Source: Epithemia pelagica (Eukaryota; Protista; Bacillariophyta). Taken from it: 64,000 nt of DNA. Shown piece after piece: positions 47,971-59,627 of the stretch. The notes under the pieces were generated by a model. It saw nothing but the letters and a program-made list of their open reading frames with translations, was not told where the DNA came from and made no database searches. A program made the position numbers and the translations under genes. Where the stretch lies: positions 5,270,001 through 5,334,000 of the forward strand of contig OX337228.1 of assembly GCA_946965045.2 (NCBI GenBank). Reading direction: 5' to 3'. The first letter of the stretch is position 1. Every line of letters begins with the position of its first letter.

Positions 47971-48650
47971 GATAGACTCTAGCATGTGGACGACTTTGAT
48001 AGGAGCCCTGTCTCAATCCTAACTTTCTCTGAAAACGGTGGTATGTCAGTTTCCTGGGTGTACGCAGGGATAAAGACTTGTAGCGTACAGCAGCATTCTT
48101 ATGCATTGAATGTGGGCGGAGCGATGGCAACCATGGATATCTGTAGCCCTACATATACGCCAAATGAACTTGTAGGCGGAGGTAGTCCGTGGAACAGAAA
48201 ACAAACTGCATTCTTCCATAAAATGCACTTGAAGTCTAAAATGTTTGTCGGTGTATGATTGCATCCTTCTTGCGAGAATCTCGTTTAAATAAATACCCGA
48301 GTCTTTCTATATTCTATATGCCAGATGGTCGATTCTAGGGGACGGTACACAGAAGTTGTTCATGGGTGGTCTCTTTTCCTTCTCTGTCCATTCTATGATG
48401 ACCGAGACTGCTGACCGAAACAATGAACTCACGTAAAAGCGCTTCTATAGAATATGGCAAGCCTTGTACAAATGATTAGTCTTCTCCTGATGGTCGGCCT
48501 AGGAAGTTGTCTATCATGTCTTATACAACACCACTCTGTCTTGTTGACTAGCTCGAATCAATCAATGATGCGTAGATCGAATCGTCACCTAAAGCAATGT
48601 GACAATTACCCCTTGCTTTCATTAGGTATAACATTGCCAAACCAATGACT

Positions 48651-49721
48651 TTATTTCGCTTCAGCTGCTTTTCCTTTCTCCTCTTCCTCAGCAATTCCAA
48701 GATTCGCCATACGATCTCGGTTGCTTCCAATCACCTTGCCTATTACAAAATCAATGAAAGGACGCTTCAGTAGGCGCTTGGTGAGATGTACTCCCTCGGG
48801 TAAAATAAGACGATCACGTCGCATAATATCTTGTGCAATGAGGCCAGTGCAATCCAACTCCAGAAAGTCCGGAATGGCAACACCTTCATCGACGACAACC
48901 TCAATCTTTCGTTGAATGGGAATGATAAAGCACTGCGATTTCAAACCTGGACTTAACTCCTGGTTCGCATACTTGACAGGAAGTTTCAAAGGTCTGCCTG
49001 GATAATATCGACAAAAATTGACGCAATACAAAAATTCCTTGAAAGCGTGCCAATTCACATTTTTGGGAACCACCAGGTGCTTGGTTCCTTCTTCGTCATC
49101 GTCATCGCGGAATACAGTGAGATTGTACACACGCGAGTCTTCAAAATTATGATGAAAGCGGACCAGCTCACGTTGCAATATGTTTTCAGGTGTCTTGATC
49201 AATATCCTGGAGGACGGATCGGATGACTGGATGCCCTTCGAAGCATCTCCTCCAAGAAGCATGCCAGGCACTAGTTTGTTCCTCCTCAGCTCTAAACTGG
49301 GGAAGCTCTTTCTTTCGTAAATAGGATCTCGCATATACGTGTGCAAAGGGCGCACGTTCAACGGATAGCTTTTGTCTATTTCCCTTTTCTCTCTTCTCAT
49401 CATTACATGTTGTATTTGTTCTTCCCTTCGATCTTTGAGGATTTTCATCAGTCGAGGATCCAGACCTTCCCATTCTTCGAGTGCCTTTCCTACATAATCT
49501 GGATTGTAAATGTGTGGTAGATTTGTCTTCACGTATTCTGCAAACACTGGATCCGTCTCCATGCGCTCTCGACTACCACCATCAACGTAAAGTCCTGGGT
49601 CTGGAAAGTCATCCCACGATGTTTTTGACAGCATTCGAAGACGGCCGGGGCCTTCCATGGCACCACGGAAAATCCGCTGGAGAGACACATCACAACGAAG
49701 GATACGCGATTTCGAAAGCAT
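48651..49721 (-). CDS. Organellar (mitochondrial) ribosomal protein bL25/CTC-like
   Basis: LRRNKLVPGMLLGG, KLPVKYANQELSPGLK and IPDFLELDCTGL match the two-domain L25 layout; Arg-rich presequence. Confidence 0.75.
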   Translation of the reverse strand: MLSKSRILRCDVSLQRIFRGAMEGPGRLRMLSKTSWDDFPDPGLYVDGGSRERMETDPVFAEYVKTNLPHIYNPDYVGKALEEWEGLDPRLMKILKDRREEQIQHVMMRREKREIDKSYPLNVRPLHTYMRDPIYERKSFPSLELRRNKLVPGMLLGGDASKGIQSSDPSSRILIKTPENILQRELVRFHHNFEDSRVYNLTVFRDDDDEEGTKHLVVPKNVNWHAFKEFLYCVNFCRYYPGRPLKLPVKYANQELSPGLKSQCFIIPIQRKIEVVVDEGVAIPDFLELDCTGLIAQDIMRRDRLILPEGVHLTKRLLKRPFIDFVIGKVIGSNRDRMANLGIAEEEEKGKAAEAK

Positions 49722-50016
49722 CACGATCTCCTCAAAACACACTCAGTTGTCCTTTGTTGTTCTGTGACTGTGAGAGTTGTTCTTCTTTTAAACTCTGGGC
49801 TTCTTATATCCGTGTAGTGTCTCTTGGTCTTGGTGTGTACGAGTTGGAAGAGGAGACATCGAAAAAAGAACACATCCCAAAGTCAAAAGATACCGCGAGA
49901 ATCTGTGGTCGGCCGCGGGCGTGCCCTTTCTGTCCGACGTCCGGCAGGTGGTCGCGTTTCCGCTTTCCCCATCATCCATATCACCTACATCCATCACAAA
50001 ATCTCGGTATGTCACC

Positions 50017-50880
50017 ATGGCAGAACCCAGCGCAGTTGCCGTACGCAAGAGAGCTCGAGAGAACGATGACGAAAACGGAAGTGCACATGAATTGACCAGT
50101 ATTTCCACATCCTATCCACGAGGAATGACCATGGATGGCGGCTTTAATGTGTACGTCTCGAAGGACACATTCAAGTTTAACGCGGCACATTTTGTGGCAT
50201 TTGAAGGATACCGAGAACGCCTACACGGACACAACTATCGTGTCGGCGTCCGATTGATGGGATGTCACAAGATCAACCCTGATGGATATGTCCTTGACTT
50301 TGGTGATGTCAAGGACGCCACTCGCAAAATATGCAAGCGTTTGAACGATCATTTTATATGTCCGATACACTCGAACGTACTACGAATAACAGAAGACGAA
50401 AAGGCACAACAAATATCCATAGACTGTGAAGATGGGACGTACTTTTCATTCCCATCGGATGATGTTGTTAAATTGCCCATCGTACATGCCTCCAGCGAAG
50501 AGCTGGCTGTCTATCTATGGTCCGAAATATTGACACTGTTGAAATCGTCCCATCTCATGAAACGAGGCATACATACGATGGAAATCAGCGTAGCGGAGGC
50601 TCCAGGTCAAGAAGCACAGTTTCGGTGGCCAATTCCGAAAGGTGGAGATGACCCGGCACTTGATGTGCGAAAATTTGTGGCTCAAGGAACGATTGTACCA
50701 ATCCCCTGTCGACCAGAGGCATCAAAAAGGACCCCACCTGCGAAATGTTGTCCAGATTGCGGTGACTCAAAGGCATCTTTCTCAAAGCAGTTGGAGAATC
50801 TGGCAAAGGCAATGAACGACAAAGGAATGGTGAATGAAACTGTATCAAAAGATGATCTAGAAGCCCTTTTGAACGCATAG
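50017..50880 (+). CDS. 6-pyruvoyl-tetrahydropterin synthase family, PTPS-III type
   Basis: FNAAHF, ERLHGHNY, VLDFGDVK, LNDHF, SSEELAVY and SVAEAPGQ; frame open from 49921. Confidence 0.85.
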   Translation: MAEPSAVAVRKRARENDDENGSAHELTSISTSYPRGMTMDGGFNVYVSKDTFKFNAAHFVAFEGYRERLHGHNYRVGVRLMGCHKINPDGYVLDFGDVKDATRKICKRLNDHFICPIHSNVLRITEDEKAQQISIDCEDGTYFSFPSDDVVKLPIVHASSEELAVYLWSEILTLLKSSHLMKRGIHTMEISVAEAPGQEAQFRWPIPKGGDDPALDVRKFVAQGTIVPIPCRPEASKRTPPAKCCPDCGDSKASFSKQLENLAKAMNDKGMVNETVSKDDLEALLNA

Positions 50881-51063
50881 ATTACCTAGAGGTAGTCTTT
50901 CTTGCATAACGACGCGTAGCTCAAAATCTAAGAAGTGACAAGGCAACGAAATAGACAGTTGAACTAGACATTTTGATGGTTTAACTCTAGAGAATAAATC
51001 AATCCAAACATTTTCGAGGTTGTGCGCGCTGGAACAAATGGAGAAGAGGAGCGTCTGCACGGC

Positions 51064-52129
51064 TTAAGATGTCTTGGCCTTAGGAGCGGGCTTCTTACTG
51101 GTAAGGGAGTACGCAAAAGTTCCTCCAATCGCAATGGCGGATCCCAGAACCGTGTTGCGTTCCATGGCTTCTTGGAAAACAATCGAAGAAACGACAATGA
51201 TGATCACACGCTTCGCAGTGTTCAAGACAGAAGAAGTAACAGCACCGACAGAGGCCGTGAAGGCGAAGGCGAACTCGTTGTAGATGTAGTAGCAGAATCC
51301 AGACAAGATGATGTTTTGAAGAAGAGGCTGAAGACCATGCTTGTCAACGGCAGCAGTCCATTCATCGTTCAAAGTAGGAAGTTCGTTGATAACCACAAAA
51401 GGGACAGTGCAGAAGAACGAAATAATGTTCATGACAGCGTAGACGTTGGCAGCGTCCATGTTCTTGGTCGCGTCTCCCTTGAGTGCCTTGGTAACAGAAG
51501 ATCCGAATTTTCCCTTGAGGGCGGCAGCGGCATTGGCCATCGAAGCGTACATGAAAGCTTCAACATTGATTTCAACACCCTTTCCTTCTTTGACACAGGC
51601 GAGACCCACTCCACCAACAATAGGAATAAGCATCATGTAAGCCAACATGGGCTTGATATCAGCCGGTGGAATGATGACACCTACGACGGCGGCGAAAGCT
51701 GGCTCACAGGCCTTCACAATCTGTTGGAAGGAAACAGCACCCACAGCAGCGGCCAACACGGAACCGCAATGAGCCAAGCATGCAAACAATCCAATAGGGA
51801 TACAAGAGGCAATGTCGCCACCGGTCAAATTTGGCATTTTGCGGATACCTGTACCCCAGAGAAACAAACTAATGGCAATTCCCACCACCAATTGAGCCGA
51901 GGCCACAAACCAGTGTGCATGAACCATATTGGATGCTTTCTTGTTGTAGATGTTGTAGAAGGTGTTACCCGCATACCAGGCAACAACCAACATCACCTAT
52001 GAGCGCATCAGCAACGATGGAGCAAAAAGAAAATCGGAGTGCCGTGAGTCCACTGGATCACCTGTCACTGCACTCTCTTCTCCATGGACTTACCAACTTG
52101 GCGGTGGACGCTTCTTTTGCTGGAGCCAT
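51064..52129 (-). CDS. Triose-phosphate/phosphate translocator family protein without presequence; intron 51997-52093
   Basis: WYAGNTFYNIYNK, QIVKACEP, YNEF, SVLNTAKRV and GSAIAIGG; 12-codon first exon. Confidence 0.92.
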
Positions 52130-52739
52130 GGTTTGTCTTTGTCTTCAGTTGTCTCAATCAAATCAAATCGATTTAGAGATCAGTTGCGTCTGGATCGTCG
52201 CAATGCGATGAGTGTGAGAGTGTGACACGGCGCTAACCAAGCAAACGTGGACACGCACGTGGTTTTGTCAGTCGCATTTCGAATCTTCCACTCGGAAGTT
52301 CACCATGGCTATTGAGACTTGAGACTGGGTAGGTCTACCTAGCCGCCCCAACAACCATCGCTCATACTCCTAGGAGTAGGTAGGAGTACGAGTATTTCTA
52401 TTTCATACTCTAAGAGTAGACTGAAACTGAAATGGATCTCTTTTTATAATGCAATGTATTGCGTATAATCACACTTGAATGTGATCGTCAACGGATCCTT
52501 AATCAAAAGCCAGCTGTATAGTTTGTCGATTGAAAGAATGATATGTTACTACTAGGAGTATGTTCTTGTAAAGGGTACATAGCAACATTGTTTCCCATCA
52601 AATGATGGGAATGGGAATGGTGAACTCAAGAAAGACCAACGTGTCCAGTCATCTACAACGGGACCATAGAAACATGTGCCTGTCCAATTTTGAGGATTCA
52701 TGATGGGATGAGGACAAGAAGTAAAATGATAAAACTTCT

Positions 52740-53190
52740 TCACTCTTCTTCGTCCACGGACCCCAAGAACGGATTTTCGATTTCTTCCATTCCATCATTT
52801 GGTGCCACAAGAGATACTTGCGTCCCTCGGATTACGACAAGCCCGAGTTTCCGTGTTTTATCTGTTATTACATATGAGTTTTCTGGATCTTTATGGGGAC
52901 AACAGATTTCAAATCGATTAGGAGAATGTTGCGGAAAGCAGCGGTTTTCTCACCTGATACGAGCCGTGAGGAAACTTACCACGTAGAAACTCATCACAAT
53001 CATCCAAGACTAGGTTTACCAGGTCGTCGTAACCCCGTAGGATACCTTTCAGTTCTCTGCCCCCAAGGCATTTTACGCGGACTTCAGATTCCAGTAGCTT
53101 CGACAGTTCTAAGATTGATTCCTTTTTAGATGGCAAGACTGATCGGCCTTGCTGCTGCGTATTTCCTTCACTCGAAGTTGGTTGGCTCAT
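52740..53190 (-). CDS. LSM7: U6 snRNA-associated Sm-like protein LSm7; intron 52889-52979
   Basis: KKESILELSK, GGRELKGILRGYDDLVNLVLDD | TRKLGLVVIRGTQVSLVAP. Confidence 0.95.
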
Positions 53191-53573
53191 TCTAAGAGAT
53201 CTGTTGTCAATCCATTCATCAGTTGACTGCGATTGTATAATGCTGTTTGCGGAAAAAATATTATTGGGGTGCGGTGTTGTTGTTCTTCAAGTAATTGGGG
53301 GGGGGAGTACCCCTTATGCAATCTTACGTGCTACCCTTACCCCAGCCATTGTTGCACTGGTTGGATGGTAGAGTTCTCATCTACTCCTAGGTCGAGTCCT
53401 TATAGGAGTAGACAATCTATTTGAGCTCTAAAAGTCAGAGTTTTCCACTCTAACTGCTTTGAATGAGTTTGAGGTCCCACTAGTTCTTGAAACAAAAATC
53501 TCCGATTACCAAAACATCTAGAAGGCTGAACGAGCACTTCATGACCAAAACATCTAGAAGGCGGAACCAGCAT

Positions 53574-55490
53574 CTAAACTTCGACTACTGCTGTGATCGT
53601 CATTTTCAAGAAGTTGATGCCGGTGACGGCAACCGCGCTAGATCGCGAGGATACACTGCCTTCGCTGTCTGAGTAATCCGCGTCCGTTGAATTCCCATTT
53701 GTTTTCCCTCTTGAAAAATATCTCCCAATAGATGATGCAAACCCCATGGACTTTCGATTCTTACCGTTATTTGATGGTGCTCCAGCTCCCTCCATAGCTT
53801 CTTCCTCTTATTCGTTTGTTGCGTCTTCCGTCTGGTCGTCCTGCATATTATTTGTATTGGACATGGTGGGGGGAAGGTTGCCGAGAGCTCCACTCTTATC
53901 CGGTGATTGAGGAAAACTGTCGTCCTCAAGCGAAAGCAGATCGATAAGATTCCTTGATGATGGTGCTTGCAAAGGATCGGATTTTGAGCGTGGTGGCGAC
54001 CGGGAGTTCATGGGATAGTTACTACCTTCGTTTTCGCTGTCGCTGACGACCGTGGAGGTCTTTTTCCGAGACGCGGAACGTTTCGGCTTCTTGGATTTTA
54101 TCTTTTTCGACTTTGGTTTGCTAGACGCTATTGTCCCATCCTTTTCCGCCTCATCCGGAAGTTTGGATTTTGACTTTTTCTTTCCTTTCCGTTTTGACGA
54201 CGATGATTTCTTAGATGTCTGTTTCGAGACAGGAGGTGGCCAGCTGCTATGTGGATTGTGATAAGGACTGACCGGAAGAGGCGGTGATGGTTCTTTGTCT
54301 GCATCAAAAAAGTGTGTATAGTTCTGGGCATCCTCCACGAGCATCGTATCCCTCAAAGAGAGTTTTTTCCGTTCTTTCTTGCTACTTGATGAATTGTCCT
54401 GGTTCCGTACTTTCTCATCTGGTCGCGGGACATCGTTGTTTTGGTTTCCAGCAGCCTCATCCTCCAGAAAGTCAAAAATTGGTTGATTGGGTGGGCGATG
54501 CTGTTGCGCCTCGGACATAGGGTCTTTTATCTCAGATATGCTGAAAAAGGAATGTGATCCATCAGCATTGTTCACTTCGCATTCCGATCCCGAATTGTAA
54601 ACTTGTTTCACTGTAAAAACATTTCCAGACATAGAAGTTGGATCAAATTGTAACACTGTACCAGCATCCTCATCCTTATTGGCATCGGTCGACATTATAC
54701 CAATATTGCCTAAGGAGGTCGTTCCTAGTTCTGACTGAGAGTATTCCACTGAATAGGACGACGAAGACTCACTTGCTTCGTGATCGCCATTTGAAAGGAA
54801 CCTCTTGCTTGGCTGCCTCAGCATCATTCTAGCGTCCCTGTGGGCAGTTTCATGGGCTGCTTCTCCATTGTCAGCATTAGTTTGGGGTAAAGATGAAGGC
54901 TGGTTTTCAGAGGCGGCATTGCTCCCTTTCTTGACTTCTTTGTCTTTTTTCATGCGGTCCTGAGTGATCTCTCTTAATTTTTGACGTTCGGCTTTTCGCT
55001 TCTTTTTATCAATTGTTGCTATTGTCGCTTCATCTTCAGCGTCGGTTCCTGATCGACAGTCCCTTTGCGAATCACGAGAGCGACCACGTCGACCAGCCTT
55101 CTTGGATTCCACTCGGGTAGCTGGTTCTTCAGACAAAAAATTCTTCAGCTCATTCGCTGACTGATTCATGGCCTTTGTTCTGGATTTACTTCTTCTTTTA
55201 CTAGCTGGCTTTCGACTATCTCGACTAGTTCGCCTACTCCGACTGTGCGTTGATCCGCGCAGAGATAACGATCTTGATCTTCTAGACTTGTGCGAAGAAT
55301 GTCTTCGTTCTTTCCCAGGACGACCTCTAGTAGAATCCTTTAGTTGCAGTTCCTTGTCATGTTCGAGTGATCGACTAGTTGCTTCTACTCCGTAGCCAAG
55401 GTCGGACTCACTGGTGACCATCATCGTCGCGTGTGATTTTGTGGTCAAACCATCTCTACCGATTACCGATTGTCTTCGAGTTCGCCACAT
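53574..55490 (-). CDS. Lys/Arg/Ser-rich disordered protein; 560-aa ORF plus 73-aa ORF separated by a single in-frame TAA (53810-53808)
   Basis: The frame reads ...DATNE*EEEAMEGAG...; no domain recognised. Confidence 0.65.
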
Positions 55491-57976
55491 AGAGGGTACG
55501 AGTACTCGTACGGTAATCGTATACTCCCTGGAATTATGTACTCATATTTATTATGGGACTAGGAGTACTCGTACTCCTACCACTTACGAGTAGTGACTGA
55601 CTATGAGTACTCGTATCGACTATCGAAGTCTATTGGGAATTAATACTCGTACTCGTACGAGCTCCACCGCACTGAAATTGCACAGCCAGTAGCCCGTCCT
55701 TTTGGGGTCCCCACTGTTTTTCCTATAGTGATTCTAGCTTCGTAGGAAGACCACTACGGTCATTTTGCACTGCATATCACCACCATGGCACACTCAAGCC
55801 GGTGTGCACCTCCAACGAAAGGTGCTAGTACTCCTCCGACCATCCAGGATGCCTCAGAATCAAGTGTACCGTGAGGGAATGGACGGGCGGCGATGAACTC
55901 TCGATAGCTGTGGAGCTACGGCAAGATTTAGAAGACCTTCCATTTTTGGGTTGGAAGGAAGCAACGAGAGGATACAGATTGGAGCCGGATAATGATGGAA
56001 TGAACCAAGATTGCAAGGAGGGACGACAATGGTAGCTCCGAAATGGATGGATGAGGCGTAGGAGAGCGGCGTCAAGGACACACGGCAATCTACTGGATGA
56101 TTCCGAAGCACAAACATGACGAGAATGTCGGCAACAGCATCGAAGGAAGTGACAATCAGAAGACGACGCTAATGGAGACAATGAATGCAGCAATTCACTT
56201 ATCGTCCGTCCGCATCCAACAATCACCTTCTTGGCTTAGCGTGGTCTGAACACAGCAAATGAAAGCCTCGTCGGGTTGGTCCAAACGCTCCGAGGCAACA
56301 ACAACAATCGCGACAACAGCAAACAAGGAAGCAACAATACAAGATCACTATGCTTGACAGAATGCAAATTGAAATGGATTCTGATGGCTGGAAGCCTTCG
56401 GCATAGATCAGCAATGCATGGCAGAGTGTTTTCAGCAAACACGGCGATCACACGGATCGCAATCAACAACAAAACAACAACCGAGTTCCGAATAACAAGC
56501 AACATGGATGCAACATGCAACAACTCCCCAAAGTCCTCCTACGAGTCCTCTCTTGAACGCGCATCACCCTGCGACAGCGACAGCGACAACAAGGGGTGAC
56601 AACGATAGCAAGTGCTGACAACGATAAATCAAGCGGCAAACGCAACAATCCACGATCAACCCCTCGTATCTCCCAAACGAATCATCTCCAAATCGGCAAC
56701 AAGCGACGACAATGACAAGCGGCGACAATGGCAACCACAATAAGTGGCGACAAGCACAACGACAGCCAGCGGTGACAACCCAAAGCTCGCTGCGGCCGAA
56801 CGAAACATGAAACAACAATCAACCCATCAGGCAAAAGAGAGGATGGATGAACAAGCATGGATGAACATGGATGGATGAACGATAGCCTGCGACACATACA
56901 AATCTAACTACCGGTAGACAGTCTCTGTTAGTACCAGTTCATACTCGTAGAGGAGGCGGGTTGATTGTTGTGCTAGCGCCTCCTCACCATGGTGTGAGTG
57001 GTGAGCATGTTGTTAATCGGTCATTGTCCACCACATGGGTAAGGTTACTCGTACAAGTGTGAGTCGGCATGTGAAGGAGGAAGGAGGGGCAATTAATTTT
57101 ACTCTATGAAAATGTATGGTGTATTATATATCTCGTTGGGCCTGAAGTTCCACCGAGAAGCGGAAATGTGAAGCACGGGCTACTGGCTGTGCAATTTCAG
57201 TGCGGTGGAGCTCGTACGAGTAACGAGTACTCGTATTCAGCAGGAACCTGTGTGAGTGTTTGGTACTCGCAAGTACTCCTACTACTAGATAGGGCGTAAG
57301 GCCCAAGCAACTACAACTACCCTCGACCTTATTAGCATCCTACGAGTACAAGCTGAGTTCAGACAGAATGTTCCTGACGTAGCGCTCCAGTAGGAAATCT
57401 ACGTAATCCGCGCGAGCCATCCCCTTAATATAGCCCTTCTATTTATGCCTCTACCGTTCTACCAAAAATTGACCATGGTGAACGGTCCTTTTGACCGATC
57501 TCTTGCCAAATAGGAGACGGCTCCATGATCCCATGCTCTGAACCTCTTCTCCATTCATGGGTTGAGCATGGAGAACGATGTCGGCGCTGCATTCGTTTTG
57601 TAGGTGTCGTTTTATCTAGTTGAAGGTGGTCGCCGCGCGATTTACTACGGCGACTCACGGCAAAACTTGGTGCAACCAATGCACCTCTATTGTAGAATCG
57701 AATGATAGAAGATAGAACAAAGACTATGAACACTTGTAGCGTTGTTCACGTCAAAAATTGATATTCTTCTCGTTAGATATATGGAACTTAGACTAGAAGT
57801 TGCGCCGTTCACAACAAAGATTGATGTTCTTTTCTTTGTTGTGACTCACACAGCCGTACCTGAACGCAATGTATTGTACGGTAAACGTAACACAACTATA
57901 GAATTAGATCGTATTCATAGAGAATGAAGATCCTACTCAAATGATAATCATAAAACGCTGCTACATTGTTCACTAT

Positions 57977-58549
57977 CTAGGCTTGTTGATGATTAAAGAA
58001 GAGATTTTGAAGCGGGTGCTTGAGCATCATCGCACCAAGCGAAATGTTGAAGCGATCCATATCCTTGCTGCCCATGTAGATTGTAACGACCTGGGGTTCC
58101 ATGCAGGCTTTAGGGTTGATGGAGCAGCGTGTGTAGAGGCGGATGCGTCCCATGGGAGGTCCGTTCTTGCTCGTCTTTCCAGAGACCTGGTCCAGGTGCG
58201 ACAGAGCAATGAACCCAACTGGAACAACCAACGCTGGTTCCTCATGCTCGCTTGTTGCATCCCGGTCAAAGACTGCAATCCGTAGGTAGTTGGTCGCAAG
58301 CTCCCGCTGCACAAGCAGATGGCCACGGTCGACGATGTTGTGGCCAGTGTCCTTGTTTCTCGACATGGGCCCGATGAGCGCGCAAACATCGCTGGCATAA
58401 AAGCACGACTTGAACGGGAGACCAGCACCACCCTCACGGCCATCCTCTTCGTTGAACTCGAACTTCGTCCTCATGTTGGTCATCTTGTTTCTTCTTCCTT
58501 GCCTCTTCCTGTCGTCTCTGTTTGATTGTTCCATTGCACGGCGGGTCAT
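57977..58549 (-). CDS. Hypothetical 190-aa protein (basic N-terminus, beta-rich domain)
   Basis: ATG-initiated ORF with globular-looking composition; located in the putative transposon cargo region. Confidence 0.55.
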   Translation of the reverse strand: MTRRAMEQSNRDDRKRQGRRNKMTNMRTKFEFNEEDGREGGAGLPFKSCFYASDVCALIGPMSRNKDTGHNIVDRGHLLVQRELATNYLRIAVFDRDATSEHEEPALVVPVGFIALSHLDQVSGKTSKNGPPMGRIRLYTRCSINPKACMEPQVVTIYMGSKDMDRFNISLGAMMLKHPLQNLFFNHQQA

Positions 58550-58719
58550 TCGGAAGTTGCTTCATGCTGCAAGTTGATTTTGTGGCGTGCGCCGATATTG
58601 TTCACGAATGAGTTCGGGGGGATTCCCTAGATGACACAAGAACGGAGAGCGGGCAACAATCAAACAAACAAACACAACAATCAAACGAACGAATCCCTAT
58701 TGTGTTCTCACTTTCCAAC

Positions 58720-59627
58720 GATGCGCCAGACGCGTAGTGCTACCAAACGAGCTGAGTCTGCGAAGAAGGAGCAGGAGGACTCCGCCGCAGCTCCCTCCAC
58801 AACCGCATTTCCCTCCGACAAGGGAAACAAGGGAAACAAGGCAAACAAGAAAATGAAGACAAAGACGGCCGTGGACAACAAAACGTCGAAGAAGAAGAAG
58901 ACGACGACGACGAAGTCTCCCGCTTCGACAAAGAAGCATGTGACCTTCAACCTTGAGGGTCCTTCGTCGTGGCACGAGCGCGCAAAACAGTGGCAACTCA
59001 CCATTGGGGATGAAGATGGTATCCCAGTGTTCTTCGTCAGCAACAAGGACGTCGAATGCGCTAACCTGTCGGATATCGCGGCAGAGCTCCTTGCGATCGA
59101 GGCTGTCGGCAAAGAAGGTAAGTTTGATTGTTCATTGTTGGTTTTGAGTCTCCCTTTCTCACGACGCGCCCTCTGCTGCCACAGACACCAAACCCAACAG
59201 CAAGCCCGACAACAAGCCCGACAGCAAGCCCGAGAAGGAGATCAAGAAGGAGGACGACGTCGAGAACAAGACTCCAGAGTCTTATGTGACCCCGAAGAAA
59301 GTAACTTCTTCCCCGAAGGTGGCGTCTCGAGCTTTTGCACTGACCCCCTCCCAGAAGCATGCTTTCCAGCGTCGGATTGCTGAGGAACAGGTGAAGGAAA
59401 GTGGAGCGACAGACCCTCGCCAGACTTTGAATGAGTCGCTGGCATTGGGAGAAAACATCCCGTCGTCTCCTCCTTTGTTCTTTAGCAATCCTTCCCGTGC
59501 ATACCGGACATCCATTGATTCGTATGCCGATGATGGATTTCTCGAGACCCAAGAAGACTTCATCGGTACGCAGCAAAACGGGCTTTTTGGTCCCGATTAC
59601 TTGGATCATGAGGACGAGGCGTACTAG
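58720..59627 (+). CDS. Hypothetical basic/acidic protein with a KHVTF (RVxF-like) motif; intron 59118-59183
   Basis: GAAG|GTAAGT...CCACAG|AC splice joins ORF 58631 to ORF 59286 in frame (EG-DTKPNSKPDNKPDSKPEK). Confidence 0.6.

Noticed and set aside
27619-50880. QTRT2 plus a QueD-like gene as a de novo queuosine pathway
   Set aside because: The PTPS has ExLHGH rather than the QueD CxxxHGH motif, the genes are about 21 kb apart, and eukaryotes salvage queuine.
51022-52002. 326-aa plus-strand ORF
   Set aside because: It is the antisense frame of the clearly conserved TPT gene.
34102-55490. Genome-wide stop-codon reassignment to explain four in-frame stops
   Set aside because: TAA, TAG and TGA all terminate conserved genes normally in this window, and two of the four stops are in transposons where decay is expected.
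58370-58420. FYASDVCALIG resembling motif I of YqaJ/lambda exonuclease
   Set aside because: The downstream PD-(D/E)xK catalytic motifs are absent.
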